IMG/VR virus record: IMGVR_UViG_3300021399_000147
Location: 1-64,000 of that record
DNA: 64,000 nucleotides
Origin: a virus
Lineage: Duplodnaviria > Caudoviricetes
Reading direction: 5' to 3' (one strand)
Shown here: positions 18,695 to 28,010 of the stretch, one piece after another
How positions within the stretch are numbered: position 1 is the first letter of the stretch
How the letters are laid out: every line of letters begins with the position of its first letter
Position numbers and translations under genes: made by a program
The notes under the pieces: generated by a model
The model's database searches: none
Seen by the model: the letters and a program-made list of their open reading frames with translations, nothing else
Told to the model about the DNA's origin: nothing

Positions 18695-18979
18695 ATGACA
18701 CTATTAGAATTACAAGATGTATTAGGAGACAGAATTAAAGTAGCTTTAAAAGAGAACATGACACCGGAGCAGAGACAGACAGAGAATGAGCAGTCAGCAT
18801 TGATTGTAGGCTTAGCAAAGCAGATGATTAACAATGGAGACCTTATTCTCAGAACAGAGAAACTTGCCGCTCAGACAAAATCACTTTCAGAGTCAGCCGC
18901 TATGAAGCTGATAACAGGCAGATTGATAGACGAACAGAAGAAAGTAGAATCGGCTATTGAGACTGTAGTGGAGAAGTGA
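18695..18979 (+). CDS. Hypothetical helical protein
   Basis: AAGGAG RBS, ATG 18695. Confidence 0.55.
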   Translation: MTLLELQDVLGDRIKVALKENMTPEQRQTENEQSALIVGLAKQMINNGDLILRTEKLAAQTKSLSESAAMKLITGRLIDEQKKVESAIETVVEK

Positions 18980-18980
18980 T

Positions 18981-19667
18981 ATGAACAGAGAGTATACGGA
19001 AGAGCAGATAGAGTGGATAAAGGATAACAGAAGCGGTCATTCTTATCAGGAATTAACTGAGCTGTTTAATGAGCGTTTTGGCACAAACAGAACATTTAAT
19101 GGTATAAAGACAATGTGTACTCATAGACTTCATGCCTGTGATACACATGAGCCCTATACAAAAGAACAGGATAAATGGTTAATCGAAAATGCTTTGAAGT
19201 ATAACAATTATGCAGAAGTTGCCGAAGAGTTTAATAAGCTCTTCGGCACAAATAAAGTTGATAGAGGTGTTCAGTCCCATTGTGTTAGAGTGTTAAAAAT
19301 AATATCAGGCAGACAGTCAAAAGCTCCTAGTGGTTGGAATAAACAGCCTATAGGTGCAGAGTTGCTTACTAAAGAAGGTTATACTTTAGTAAAAATAAAT
19401 GACACAGGCATTAAGAATAAAGACTGGATAACTAAGCAAAGATATATCTACGAACAACACTACGGTAAGATAGGCGACACTGATATAGTAGTATTTTTAG
19501 ACGGTGATAAATCAAATTATTCTTTAGATAATCTTGAGGCTATACCTAGAGCTATAAGTTTAAGAATAAACGCTAATAAATGGAATCATCCTAATAAAGA
19601 GTTCACTTTAGCCGCTATAAGATGGTGTGAGTTGTATTATGTATTGAAAGCGCAAGGCGCTATTTGA
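18981..19667 (+). CDS. HNH_3-like endonuclease with N-terminal repeats (catalytic His apparently degenerate)
   Basis: YTEEQ.EW / YTKEQ.KW repeats; PIG.E...GY..VK; FLDGDKSNYSLDNL. Confidence 0.65.
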   Translation: MNREYTEEQIEWIKDNRSGHSYQELTELFNERFGTNRTFNGIKTMCTHRLHACDTHEPYTKEQDKWLIENALKYNNYAEVAEEFNKLFGTNKVDRGVQSHCVRVLKIISGRQSKAPSGWNKQPIGAELLTKEGYTLVKINDTGIKNKDWITKQRYIYEQHYGKIGDTDIVVFLDGDKSNYSLDNLEAIPRAISLRINANKWNHPNKEFTLAAIRWCELYYVLKAQGAI

Positions 19668-19680
19668 AAGGAGATAATAA

Positions 19681-19989
19681 ATGGAAAACACAGTAGTAAC
19701 AAACACAGTATTGGACAAGAAGCTAGATGGATATGGGGCAGATTCAAAATTACAGAATTTTGTAGCCCCACAGGAAATCACAGTTACAATTACTCTGTCA
19801 GAATATAGGGAATTAGTATCTAAGGTAGCTACAAGAGATGCAGATATTGATAAGGCTAATACTGAAAAATGGAAGAGAGATGATGAGAATAAGAAGCTCA
19901 AAGCGGAAGTATCTGAACTTAAGGCAAAACTCTATGAATTACAGAGTAATATGAATAATGCTAAGGAAGAAGAATCAGATGAGACCTAA
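19681..19989 (+). CDS. Coiled-coil hypothetical protein
   Basis: ORF with RBS; VTITLSEYRELV. Confidence 0.55.
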   Translation: MENTVVTNTVLDKKLDGYGADSKLQNFVAPQEITVTITLSEYRELVSKVATRDADIDKANTEKWKRDDENKKLKAEVSELKAKLYELQSNMNNAKEEESDET

Positions 19990-20332
19990 GAATTTCAGCA
20001 CAAGATATTATTCATCCAAGCAAGAAAAGAAAGTAGCAAAAGCTGTTGGTGGTAAGCAGACTGCCAATAGCGGGGCTACACTTTGGAGTAAAGGGGACGT
20101 CCGAACAGTCGATAATCTTTTCTTGTTGGAGTGTAAAACTCATACAGAGTTTAAAGATAGTTTCTCCATTAAACATAGCTGGATAGAAAAGAACAGAGAA
20201 GAAGCATTTCAGATGGGCAAAAGATATTCAGCATTAGTGGTAGATTGGGGCGATGGCGAGAACCATTATCTTATAGATGAGCACCTGTTTCAAGAGTTGT
20301 TGGAACATTTAAGAGAGGTGAACAAAGAATGA
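19979..20332 (+). CDS. Holliday-junction-resolvase-like PD-(D/E)XK nuclease
   Basis: QEKKVAK..GG...SGA....GDV...LLECKT. Confidence 0.7.
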   Translation: MRPKNFSTRYYSSKQEKKVAKAVGGKQTANSGATLWSKGDVRTVDNLFLLECKTHTEFKDSFSIKHSWIEKNREEAFQMGKRYSALVVDWGDGENHYLIDEHLFQELLEHLREVNKE

Positions 20333-20688
20333 GTGATATTGTATTTGAGGATAAAAGTAGATTTTTCAACTCAGTAGCTAATGGGCACTATGGCTCAAAC
20401 ATTAAAAGTTTTAAAGAGGTATTTAAGAAAGAGGTGAATAAAGAAATGACATTGCAGAAATTAAATGAATTATGTGTTAGGCATAATATTCCTAAAGATG
20501 TGAAGTTGCTTTCAGATTCTGGCTGGGAATGTGATGAAACTGAGATGAATGGAGTATATTATTGTGAGCAGTCAAATGTAATAGTGTTCACTCAAGGTAG
20601 TAGTAAATTTGACTATGAATATAACAATAATGGTTATGGTGACTTTGTGAGAATTGATGATAGAGAGGTGAACAATGAACATAATTAA
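20329..20688 (+). CDS. Hypothetical protein
   Basis: ORF track; overlapping start/stop. Confidence 0.5.
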   Translation: MSDIVFEDKSRFFNSVANGHYGSNIKSFKEVFKKEVNKEMTLQKLNELCVRHNIPKDVKLLSDSGWECDETEMNGVYYCEQSNVIVFTQGSSKFDYEYNNNGYGDFVRIDDREVNNEHN

Positions 20689-20887
20689 ATTAACTCGTGT
20701 AGATGATGATGCGGCAGTATACATAAATGCTGATACTATAACTCATGTAGTAGATTATTGGGATGGTTCAGAAGTCTATGTAGTAGGTAGAAAGAAGCCT
20801 CTGTATGTAAATGAAGAGGTAGACGTTATTGTTAAAGTGTTACTATATTTAGATAGAAAGGATAAAGATGAAATTCAGCATACCTGA
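20675..20887 (+). CDS. Small FlbD-like-fold hypothetical protein
   Basis: IIKLTR....VYINAD.I..V pattern. Confidence 0.45.
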   Translation: MNIIKLTRVDDDAAVYINADTITHVVDYWDGSEVYVVGRKKPLYVNEEVDVIVKVLLYLDRKDKDEIQHT

Positions 20888-21004
20888 GTATCTAAAAGAA
20901 GAGGAAGAAAAGCAAAACATAAGTTTATTGCCAACATTAGATGAGTTGTATGAGATGGAAAGTTACTTGTATGACCCTGATGTAGAAAATGCAGGAGATA
21001 GAGA

Positions 21005-21256
21005 TTGAATAAGAAGTTATTGATGGAACAATTTGATGACATTTTAGCAAGTTATCGTCCAGAAGATTCAAAGATAGTTTGTGACACCGTGAACGAATTG
21101 TGTGAACATGGTATACCTAAGGGGTGTTATCAAAATTATGCGGTATTGAACGACATTCTTAGAGTTTTAGGTATATTCGAGAGTTTGGTTAAGATTAAAG
21201 GGGATGAAAATGAACAAAACTCAGAAAGTAAAAGAGCATCTATTGAGATTCGGTAG
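21005..21256 (+). CDS. Hypothetical protein
   Basis: ORF track. Confidence 0.45.
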   Translation: MNKKLLMEQFDDILASYRPEDSKIVCDTVNELCEHGIPKGCYQNYAVLNDILRVLGIFESLVKIKGDENEQNSESKRASIEIR

Positions 21257-21431
21257 TATAACTTCTTGGGATGCCATAAATCTTTATGGCGAAACAAGAT
21301 TATCTGATGTAATATTAAAGCTCAGACAAAAGGGTTGGGATATTAAAACTGTCAGGTGTGAGTTTACAGACAGATATGGTAATATTGGTAAATATGCAAA
21401 CTATGTTTTGAAAGGGGATGATGATGTATAG
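21210..21431 (+). CDS. Winged HTH protein (HTH_39-like)
   Basis: Q..KEHL...GSITSW.AI..YG.TRLS..I..LR..GW.I. Confidence 0.75.
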   Translation: MNKTQKVKEHLLRFGSITSWDAINLYGETRLSDVILKLRQKGWDIKTVRCEFTDRYGNIGKYANYVLKGDDDV

Positions 21432-21669
21432 AATATTTCAGAACAAGAGAAATCCAAATAAGTTTATAGAAGTGAAACGATATAACGATGGCCATTATGT
21501 ATGGAAACAGTTTATCGAAAATACAGTTACTCATACAAGAACTTATACAGGATGTTCCCTTAAAAGAAGTAAGCTAGGTAAATGGAATAGAGTAAGTTGT
21601 GATACATTAGCAGAGGTAATATCTAGTGATTATGTATTTGTAATGGAGGAGATGGAGAACAATGAGTAA
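21418..21669 (+). CDS. Hypothetical protein
   Basis: ORF track. Confidence 0.5.
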   Translation: MMMYRIFQNKRNPNKFIEVKRYNDGHYVWKQFIENTVTHTRTYTGCSLKRSKLGKWNRVSCDTLAEVISSDYVFVMEEMENNE

Positions 21670-21898
21670 TTCAAACAGTAACAATTCAAACAGTAACAAA
21701 TCAACAGCAGGTGGAGTAACATTCTGTGGACTTCTTACAATAGCTTTTATTGTATTAAAGCTGACAGGAATAATCACATGGTCATGGGTATGGGTATTAG
21801 CCCCTCTATGGATACCAGCTATCATTGTTATAACAACGATTATAACTTTTATAGTCCTAATAATAAGATTTAACGGGGAGGTAAATAATGACAGATAA
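21662..21898 (+). CDS. Small phage membrane protein
   Basis: GG.TF.GLLTIAFIVLKL.G.I.WSW.WVLAPLW, a common phage TM family. Confidence 0.7.
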   Translation: MSNSNSNNSNSNKSTAGGVTFCGLLTIAFIVLKLTGIITWSWVWVLAPLWIPAIIVITTIITFIVLIIRFNGEVNNDR

Positions 21899-22124
21899 CA
21901 ATTTAAAAATGACATTCGATTATAAATATCCAGACGAGCCAGTATTGATGATATATAGAGTTACAAACTTTGGTGTTATGTTTGGTTCTGAGCCTTCTAT
22001 AAGTGTTGTGAAAACTTTTGTAGGAGAAGAGGCTCTAAATCTATATTCTAAGTTATCAGGAAAAGATATAGATAAAATCAAAAAAGACGCTGGATGTGAA
22101 AATAATAATAAGGAGAATATATAA
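21888..22124 (+). CDS. Hypothetical protein
   Basis: ORF track. Confidence 0.5.
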   Translation: MTDNNLKMTFDYKYPDEPVLMIYRVTNFGVMFGSEPSISVVKTFVGEEALNLYSKLSGKDIDKIKKDAGCENNNKENI

Positions 22125-23161
22125 TGAAATCACTAGCAGTACAATACCGCCCCAAGACATTTGAGGATGTGACAGAACAAGAGGCAATAAAGATTATTTT
22201 AAAACAGCAGTTAGAGAGTGGTAATATCCATTCAGCTATGTTATTCTGTGGACCATCAGGTGATGGTAAGACAACAACAGCAAGAATCTTTGCAAACGAA
22301 TTAAATAAGGGTAAAGGTGTTCCTATTGAGATGGATGCCGCATCACACAATGGTGTAGATGATGTAAAAGAGATATGTAAGATGGCAAGTACAAAATCCA
22401 TTGATTCAGAATATAAAGTAATTATAGTGGATGAATGTCATTCTATATCCAATACTGGTTGGCAAGCTATGCTAAAAACAATAGAAGAACCACCAGCAAA
22501 AGTAGTATTTATTTTCTGTACTACCGATCCACAGAAGATACCAGCAACAATACTATCGAGAGTGCAGAGATTCCAGTTTAGTAAAGTAAGTACAAACGGT
22601 ATAGCAAGTAGATTGACATACATAGCGGAACAGGAAAATATTTCTATTAACTCTGATGCCATTATGTATATAGCTAAATTAGCTAATGGCGGTATGCGAC
22701 TTGCTATACAGTATCTTGAAAAGTGTGCGGCATATGAGAATAATGGAGAGATTAAAGTAGATAGTGTGGTAAAAGCACTTAATGTAACAGATTATAAAGA
22801 CTATACCAAGCTTACAGACCTGATAGTTTCTCAGAAGAAGTCAGAGCTTATTATGTTCCTTGATGAAATTTATGCTTCTGGAGTCGATTTTAAGCAGTTT
22901 TTAAAGCAGTATGTACAGTTTATATTAGATGTGAATAAAGCACTAATCCTAGATGACCTGGATGAAACATTTAAGTACACAAGTTTGCCTAGAACTAATG
23001 ATATAGAAACATGGCTGACAGAGATACTGCAGGATGGAAATCTTGATTTGTTCAACAGACTTTTAAGCCATTTAGTAAAGACAGATTCAGAGGTTAAATA
23101 TAGCCAGAGCGTAAAGTGTGATATAGAGTGTGCAATATTATTATTTGAGGTGGAAAAATGA
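22124..23161 (+). CDS. dnaX: Clamp loader gamma/tau subunit (DnaX-like)
   Basis: YRPKTFEDV..Q, GPSGDGKTTTARIFA, EMDAAS.NGVDD, DECH, KTIEEPP, PATILSR. Confidence 0.9.
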   Translation: MKSLAVQYRPKTFEDVTEQEAIKIILKQQLESGNIHSAMLFCGPSGDGKTTTARIFANELNKGKGVPIEMDAASHNGVDDVKEICKMASTKSIDSEYKVIIVDECHSISNTGWQAMLKTIEEPPAKVVFIFCTTDPQKIPATILSRVQRFQFSKVSTNGIASRLTYIAEQENISINSDAIMYIAKLANGGMRLAIQYLEKCAAYENNGEIKVDSVVKALNVTDYKDYTKLTDLIVSQKKSELIMFLDEIYASGVDFKQFLKQYVQFILDVNKALILDDLDETFKYTSLPRTNDIETWLTEILQDGNLDLFNRLLSHLVKTDSEVKYSQSVKCDIECAILLFEVEK

Positions 23162-23346
23162 CAAAGTATAAGTATGAAGTGGTCAGAACTTATGATGATG
23201 GCAAATGTGAAGCAAATTTACAAAGTGCATTTGATATTGGCTATGAGTTTGTAAGAGCATCAGAATATGTACCTGAAGCCACTCACAATGGAACGAGAAG
23301 GTATGGCTATATAGAGTATATTCTTAGAAAAGAGGTAGAGGAATGA
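23158..23346 (+). CDS. Small hypothetical protein
   Basis: ORF track; overlapping starts. Confidence 0.5.
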   Translation: MTKYKYEVVRTYDDGKCEANLQSAFDIGYEFVRASEYVPEATHNGTRRYGYIEYILRKEVEE

Positions 23347-23945
23347 CAAAGAGAGATTTAGTGAAGTGGTTAGAAAGAAAACAGTCTGAAGCCTACGATA
23401 CAGCTTCAGAGTATGCGGATAAAAAGATTGATGAGATTAAAGAGTCATTTTATAAAGATTTAGGTCTTGATGAGTTTGTTAATACAGTTGTACCCATCTT
23501 TGAGAAAGCCTTTGCTGAGTATGAAAAGTTTTATAAAAAGATAGATGATATAGATGGAGTATCTATATCAAAGTATGGATTTAGACGAGGCTATTATGAT
23601 ATACAGGACCTTACTGATGCAAGTAAAGTTAGATTATCTATCATAGAATGTCTTAATTATCTTAATCATCCAGTGTTTACAAAGATAAATGAGGCACGTA
23701 ATGAGTGTAAAATGGTAAACCATACTTACAGTACAGTTATTGAAACCGTAAAGAATCTACCAACAGCAAAAGATGGCATTGAGTATCTAAAGAAGCTTGG
23801 CTTTGATGTTTCAGAGATTCAGCCAGCAGAGCAGAAAAAACAACTTCCTGCAACTATTAGCGTTAATGTAGATGTAAAGTATCTTTTATTAAATAAGGAG
23901 AAAGAAGATGTTGGGACAAGCGAAACTGATAGCACAGATAGATGA
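23343..23945 (+). CDS. Hypothetical helical protein within clamp-loader cluster
   Basis: 200 aa ORF between dnaX and holB-like genes. Confidence 0.55.
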   Translation: MTKRDLVKWLERKQSEAYDTASEYADKKIDEIKESFYKDLGLDEFVNTVVPIFEKAFAEYEKFYKKIDDIDGVSISKYGFRRGYYDIQDLTDASKVRLSIIECLNYLNHPVFTKINEARNECKMVNHTYSTVIETVKNLPTAKDGIEYLKKLGFDVSEIQPAEQKKQLPATISVNVDVKYLLLNKEKEDVGTSETDSTDR

Positions 23946-24771
23946 CCTCGTAGCAGAGGATAAATTTCCTCGATTCTCTATAGTAGTAGGAGAAAAGGGG
24001 ATGGAACATGAAGATGTAGCAAGATATGTGGCAAATAAAATGAATTGTACACTTATAGAGCTACTGGATGTAAAAATAGATACAATAAGGAATATGATAA
24101 ATCAAGCATATAAACTTCATGCTCAGACGGTATTTAGTATTCCTCATGCAGATGATATGTCCATTAACGCAAAGAATGCCTTATTGAAAGTTGTAGAAGA
24201 TACACCTAATAAAGCATACTTTATCATGTGTTTAGAGGACTTATCAAATACTCTGGCTACAATACAAAGTAGGGGTATAGTATTTTATATGTATCATCCT
24301 AGTGTGGGGGAATTAAAAGATTTTGCCAGAAGTTTGTACGTTAATAAGAACGATATAGATGAGAAAGAAATAGAGTTGTATGGAGAGCTTTGTAGTACGC
24401 CTGGGGATGTACTCACTTTACAGAAAGCAGGTATAACAAACTTTTACAGGTATGCAGAATATGTTGCCCACAATATATGTGAAGTGTCTGGAGCAGAAGT
24501 ATTTAAGTTTTCAGATAAGTTAGCATTAAAAGACGGGGCAGATGGATATGATTGTCTATTATTTCTTAAAGCATTACAGTTACAGTTTTGGGAAATGTGT
24601 CAATATGCTTATAAGCCTGATGCAAATAAATGTGCCAACTACTGTGATTGTGAGTTAGTAAGGTGTATAGGTAGATATATGCAAGATTTAAGAATCCGTG
24701 GGGTGAATAAGAGTATGCTCATGGATAATCTATATTTAGAAATGAGGAAGATATGGAAATCTCAGATGTAA
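23908..24771 (+). CDS. holB: Clamp loader delta-prime-like subunit
   Basis: AAA+ remnant; NALLKVVED.P...FI...L.TIQSRG; degenerate Walker A. Confidence 0.7.
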   Translation: MLGQAKLIAQIDDLVAEDKFPRFSIVVGEKGMEHEDVARYVANKMNCTLIELLDVKIDTIRNMINQAYKLHAQTVFSIPHADDMSINAKNALLKVVEDTPNKAYFIMCLEDLSNTLATIQSRGIVFYMYHPSVGELKDFARSLYVNKNDIDEKEIELYGELCSTPGDVLTLQKAGITNFYRYAEYVAHNICEVSGAEVFKFSDKLALKDGADGYDCLLFLKALQLQFWEMCQYAYKPDANKCANYCDCELVRCIGRYMQDLRIRGVNKSMLMDNLYLEMRKIWKSQM

Positions 24772-25670
24772 AACAGCAGATAAAAACAGGCAACTTGGAT
24801 AAGATTTATATTTTCTATGGAGAAGAGTATCAGGTAATTAAGATTTATCTAAAAATGATGGCAAAGAAAGCAAATCTTGAATTAACTTATGCAGATAGTC
24901 TTATGGATATAATGACTGGTGCTAAGACAAAATCTCTAATTCAGTCACACCATTTATATGTAATTATGGACGACAAAGAGTATCTCACTAATGAGAAGAT
25001 GTGGGAGCAGTTTAAGGGGCTGAAAGAAGATATTGTAGTATTCTACTATACAAGTGCTGATAAACGTTTAAAATTTTGGAAGAATAATAAAGACCGTGCG
25101 ATTGAGTTTGCCAAGTTAGATAATCAGGTATTAACAAAATATATCAAGAAAGATGCTCCATTAAGTGATAGTGCCTGTGAAAAACTTATAGATATGTGTC
25201 AGAATGACTACGGAAGAATCTTACTGGAGATAGATAAAATAAAAGCCTATTCCATAGCAGAAGCTATAACACCAGATGGGGCATTTGAAGAGTTAGTAAA
25301 GCAAAGAGTCATCTATTATCAGCCGAAAGACGCTATTTTTGACTTTGTGGCAGCTTTCCTTGAGCGTAGACCTTCTAAAGCATATAACTTACTTCAACAG
25401 TCAAAAGCTGTCGGAGAAGCAAATATGGTCATATTATCAGTACTATATAATAACATTAAGACACTATTACAAGTACAATCAGCAGAAAACTATAAAACAT
25501 TAGGTCTGAATGGGTTCGTACTAAAGAATACATTACCTTATAGAGGTAATTATAGTAATGGTGAATTAGTGAAAGCCATGAAACTGATAAGAAATATAGA
25601 AAAGGGAATAAAGACTGGTCAGATACCAGATGAATTATCCATAGAGTATCTGATGGTACAAATTCTCTAA
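24753..25670 (+). CDS. holA: Clamp loader delta-like subunit
   Basis: IYIFYGEEY, L..ELDKI-like LLEIDKI, IFDFV.A, C-terminal KGIKTG. Confidence 0.7.
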   Translation: MEISDVKQQIKTGNLDKIYIFYGEEYQVIKIYLKMMAKKANLELTYADSLMDIMTGAKTKSLIQSHHLYVIMDDKEYLTNEKMWEQFKGLKEDIVVFYYTSADKRLKFWKNNKDRAIEFAKLDNQVLTKYIKKDAPLSDSACEKLIDMCQNDYGRILLEIDKIKAYSIAEAITPDGAFEELVKQRVIYYQPKDAIFDFVAAFLERRPSKAYNLLQQSKAVGEANMVILSVLYNNIKTLLQVQSAENYKTLGLNGFVLKNTLPYRGNYSNGELVKAMKLIRNIEKGIKTGQIPDELSIEYLMVQIL

Positions 25671-25708
25671 TAAGGGTGAGAAGTGATAAATATAAAGGAG
25701 GTAAGAAG

Positions 25709-25993
25709 ATGTATTGCCCATTATGTGGAAGTGATAAAATCTCTGTCTTAGATACTATATCAAGACAGAGAGATACCCTGAGAAGAAGGAAGTGCGATAG
25801 TTGTAATGCTAGATTCTTTACTCAGGAAAATATAACTGATTCAGAAGATGTAGCCAGAGTATTTTCTGAATGGTCTAAAGAGAGAACAAGGAAGTATAGA
25901 GCAAAGCAGAAAGGAGTGGAATATGAAGTCAGTTTTGCAGATGGAAGAGGAAAATCAACTGCCCCAAAAAAACCTACATCCCCTTTGTTTTAG
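25709..25993 (+). CDS. NrdR-like zinc-ribbon protein lacking ATP-cone
   Basis: MYCPLCG...V.DT....RRRKC.SC..RF.T.E. Confidence 0.7.
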   Translation: MYCPLCGSDKISVLDTISRQRDTLRRRKCDSCNARFFTQENITDSEDVARVFSEWSKERTRKYRAKQKGVEYEVSFADGRGKSTAPKKPTSPLF

Positions 25994-26096
25994 ATGTGGT
26001 CGTAAGCTCAAATCTGAGCAGTCGAAACTATTAGGTATGGGGCCAACTTGTTATAAAAAATGGCAGAATGAACAAAGCACAAAGCCATTGATTTAA
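25941..26096 (+). CDS. Small DUF6011-like zinc-binding protein (51 aa, not in ORF track)
   Basis: CFRCGRKL...S..LGMGPTC. Confidence 0.6.
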   Translation: MEEENQLPQKNLHPLCFRCGRKLKSEQSKLLGMGPTCYKKWQNEQSTKPLI

Positions 26097-26110
26097 AGAG
26101 GTGATATATC

Positions 26111-26455
26111 ATGCATTTCAGAAGAAAGTTAAGAAAACCACCTAAGAAGTTAATGAGAAGGCCTAAGAAGTACATTTATCCATATTTATGCCCATACTGT
26201 GGAGAAGCGGCATATCCTGTTTTCACAGATGAAGAGAAGCCATATCTTAGATTACCTACAAGAAGTTTTTCTACATGGAGATGTTTCGGTGGGCATGAGT
26301 TTTTAGTTTTAGAGAAAGTGATAGGCGACCAAGAATGGGGCACAAGAGTGTATACAGATGAGAAGTTACGAAAAGAATCTAAAGAATGGATAAACGAACT
26401 GAGAACACATAATTTTGATGTAGGAGAAGTAACGGACGAGTCGGAAGAAGTGTAA
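26111..26455 (+). CDS. Hypothetical zinc-ribbon protein
   Basis: CPYC...C..GH; basic N-terminus. Confidence 0.5.
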   Translation: MHFRRKLRKPPKKLMRRPKKYIYPYLCPYCGEAAYPVFTDEEKPYLRLPTRSFSTWRCFGGHEFLVLEKVIGDQEWGTRVYTDEKLRKESKEWINELRTHNFDVGEVTDESEEV

Positions 26456-26519
26456 ATCTTCTATATAATGCAGAGCGATTAAATAAGCATAGTATGGCAA
26501 GTTTAATCGCTCTTTATTA

Positions 26520-26589
26520 TTCCTGTTGAAGCGCAATATCAGATATGCTATCCTAATACTGTAAACAGAAACACACAGATTGAAAGGAG
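26520..26589 (+). promoter_or_regulatory. Conserved early promoter-leader-RBS element, copy 1
   Basis: TTCCTG-TTGAAG-17 bp-TATCCT...TGTAAAC...ACACAC...TTGAAAGGAG. Confidence 0.75.
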
Positions 26590-26594
26590 AATAA

Positions 26595-26891
26595 ATGATG
26601 AACGAAGAGGAGTTTACAACTACATTTTGGCAAGACTTTAGTATAGCTGATGCTTTTGGAGTAAAGGCTATCAAAGACACCTACAAAAGAGCATTTGAAG
26701 AGTGGAAAGATGATTACAGATACCTTACTGATTTAGTAATAGTACTGAATCATAAGTGCTGGCAGCATTATGAGAATGGTAATGAGAAGATTAGTCAGTT
26801 ATACAGTGACCTGTATTATGAAGCTGATGAATATGCCCTAGATAATCTTAAAGGTGATGAAGCTACATACTATTTTAAAAAGACAGATTGA
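26595..26891 (+). CDS. Conserved hypothetical protein (TTFWQDFSIAD family)
   Basis: First ORF after promoter copy 1. Confidence 0.6.
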   Translation: MMNEEEFTTTFWQDFSIADAFGVKAIKDTYKRAFEEWKDDYRYLTDLVIVLNHKCWQHYENGNEKISQLYSDLYYEADEYALDNLKGDEATYYFKKTD

Positions 26892-26900
26892 GGTGAAGAG

Positions 26901-27203
26901 ATGACAAAGGAAGAACTAATTAAACAACTTGATGATATAGTTCCTAAAAAGCCAAAATCAGAATGGTCTAAATATCAGCGTCAAATAGTAGATGAGGCTA
27001 TCAAGACATTAGAGCAAGAGCCAAAGACAGGGCATTGGATATTTGCAGAGGGTATTAAAGGGAAAGACAATGTTGAAAAATGCAGTCGCTGTGGTTCACA
27101 TTGGAGAGAAGCAGTCATTTATCGAACAGATACACAGGAGTATTTAAGAACAAGGCTATTGTATTGCCCTAATTGCGGAAGTAGAAACGAGGTGGAAGTA
27201 TGA
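26901..27203 (+). CDS. LEQEP-module hypothetical protein with C-terminal zinc ribbon
   Basis: LEQEPKTGHWI...CSRCG...YCPNCG. Confidence 0.6.
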   Translation: MTKEELIKQLDDIVPKKPKSEWSKYQRQIVDEAIKTLEQEPKTGHWIFAEGIKGKDNVEKCSRCGSHWREAVIYRTDTQEYLRTRLLYCPNCGSRNEVEV

Positions 27204-27490
27204 CATACGAAGAATTAAAAGAACATTGCAAAAGACAGGTACAACAGTTTGAACGAATTGAGAAAATAATGCCTGTGACACCAAATGATTGGAAAAGATA
27301 TGAGGAACACAAGCTGATATTAGAATTGCTAGAGCAAGAGCCTATTCTTGACAAGATAAGAGCTGAGATGCTTGAAGAAATGTTGTCTCATAGCGGAACA
27401 GGCGAAGAAGTGATACAGGCCTATGCTGATGGACTTAAAAAGGGGTTAGATATTATTGATAAATATAAGACAGAAAGCGAGCAAGTATGA
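27200..27490 (+). CDS. LEQEP/DKIRAE-module hypothetical protein
   Basis: Shares C-terminal half with 15943-16194. Confidence 0.6.
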   Translation: MTYEELKEHCKRQVQQFERIEKIMPVTPNDWKRYEEHKLILELLEQEPILDKIRAEMLEEMLSHSGTGEEVIQAYADGLKKGLDIIDKYKTESEQV

Positions 27491-27744
27491 ACAGAGAAGA
27501 AACGAAAAAACACTTTAAATCTTGGTGTCAGGGGCATATAGGTAACAATGGATCCGATAAAGATTATCATATGTTCAATAATATTATGGCATTGTTAGAG
27601 CAAGAGCCTACGCTTTACAAGATATTCTGCATAGTACATCCATTAAGCATTATGTCAACACCAGAGTTGGAACACAAAGCAATAATGCAGATAGCAGAGT
27701 TGTTAGAACCAATATGTTTGCCGGAAAGTGAGGACGAGGAATGA
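27487..27744 (+). CDS. LEQEP-module hypothetical protein
   Basis: LLEQEP; ends ESEDEE. Confidence 0.55.
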   Translation: MNREETKKHFKSWCQGHIGNNGSDKDYHMFNNIMALLEQEPTLYKIFCIVHPLSIMSTPELEHKAIMQIAELLEPICLPESEDEE

Positions 27745-28001
27745 CAAACGGAGAGAAACTAAAAGAAATATTTCCAAATTTACGAATAATAGAGTGTAAG
27801 TATTTTGTAGGTGTAATGGGAGAAAATTATGAATTTAATAATACATACCCATTAAAATGGTGGAATGCTGAATATAAAGAACCAATAACTTGTAAGGATT
27901 GTAAATCCAGAAAGTGTAATGATGCTGGTGATTATTATTGTGATATAACTGGTGGATATTATGAACCCGATTATCATTGTAAAGATGCGAAGAGAAAGTA
28001 G
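27741..28001 (+). CDS. MTNGEKLKE-module hypothetical protein
   Basis: Paralog of 28011-28310; C-terminal Cys cluster. Confidence 0.6.
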   Translation: MTNGEKLKEIFPNLRIIECKYFVGVMGENYEFNNTYPLKWWNAEYKEPITCKDCKSRKCNDAGDYYCDITGGYYEPDYHCKDAKRK

Positions 28002-28010
28002 GGTAAGAAA

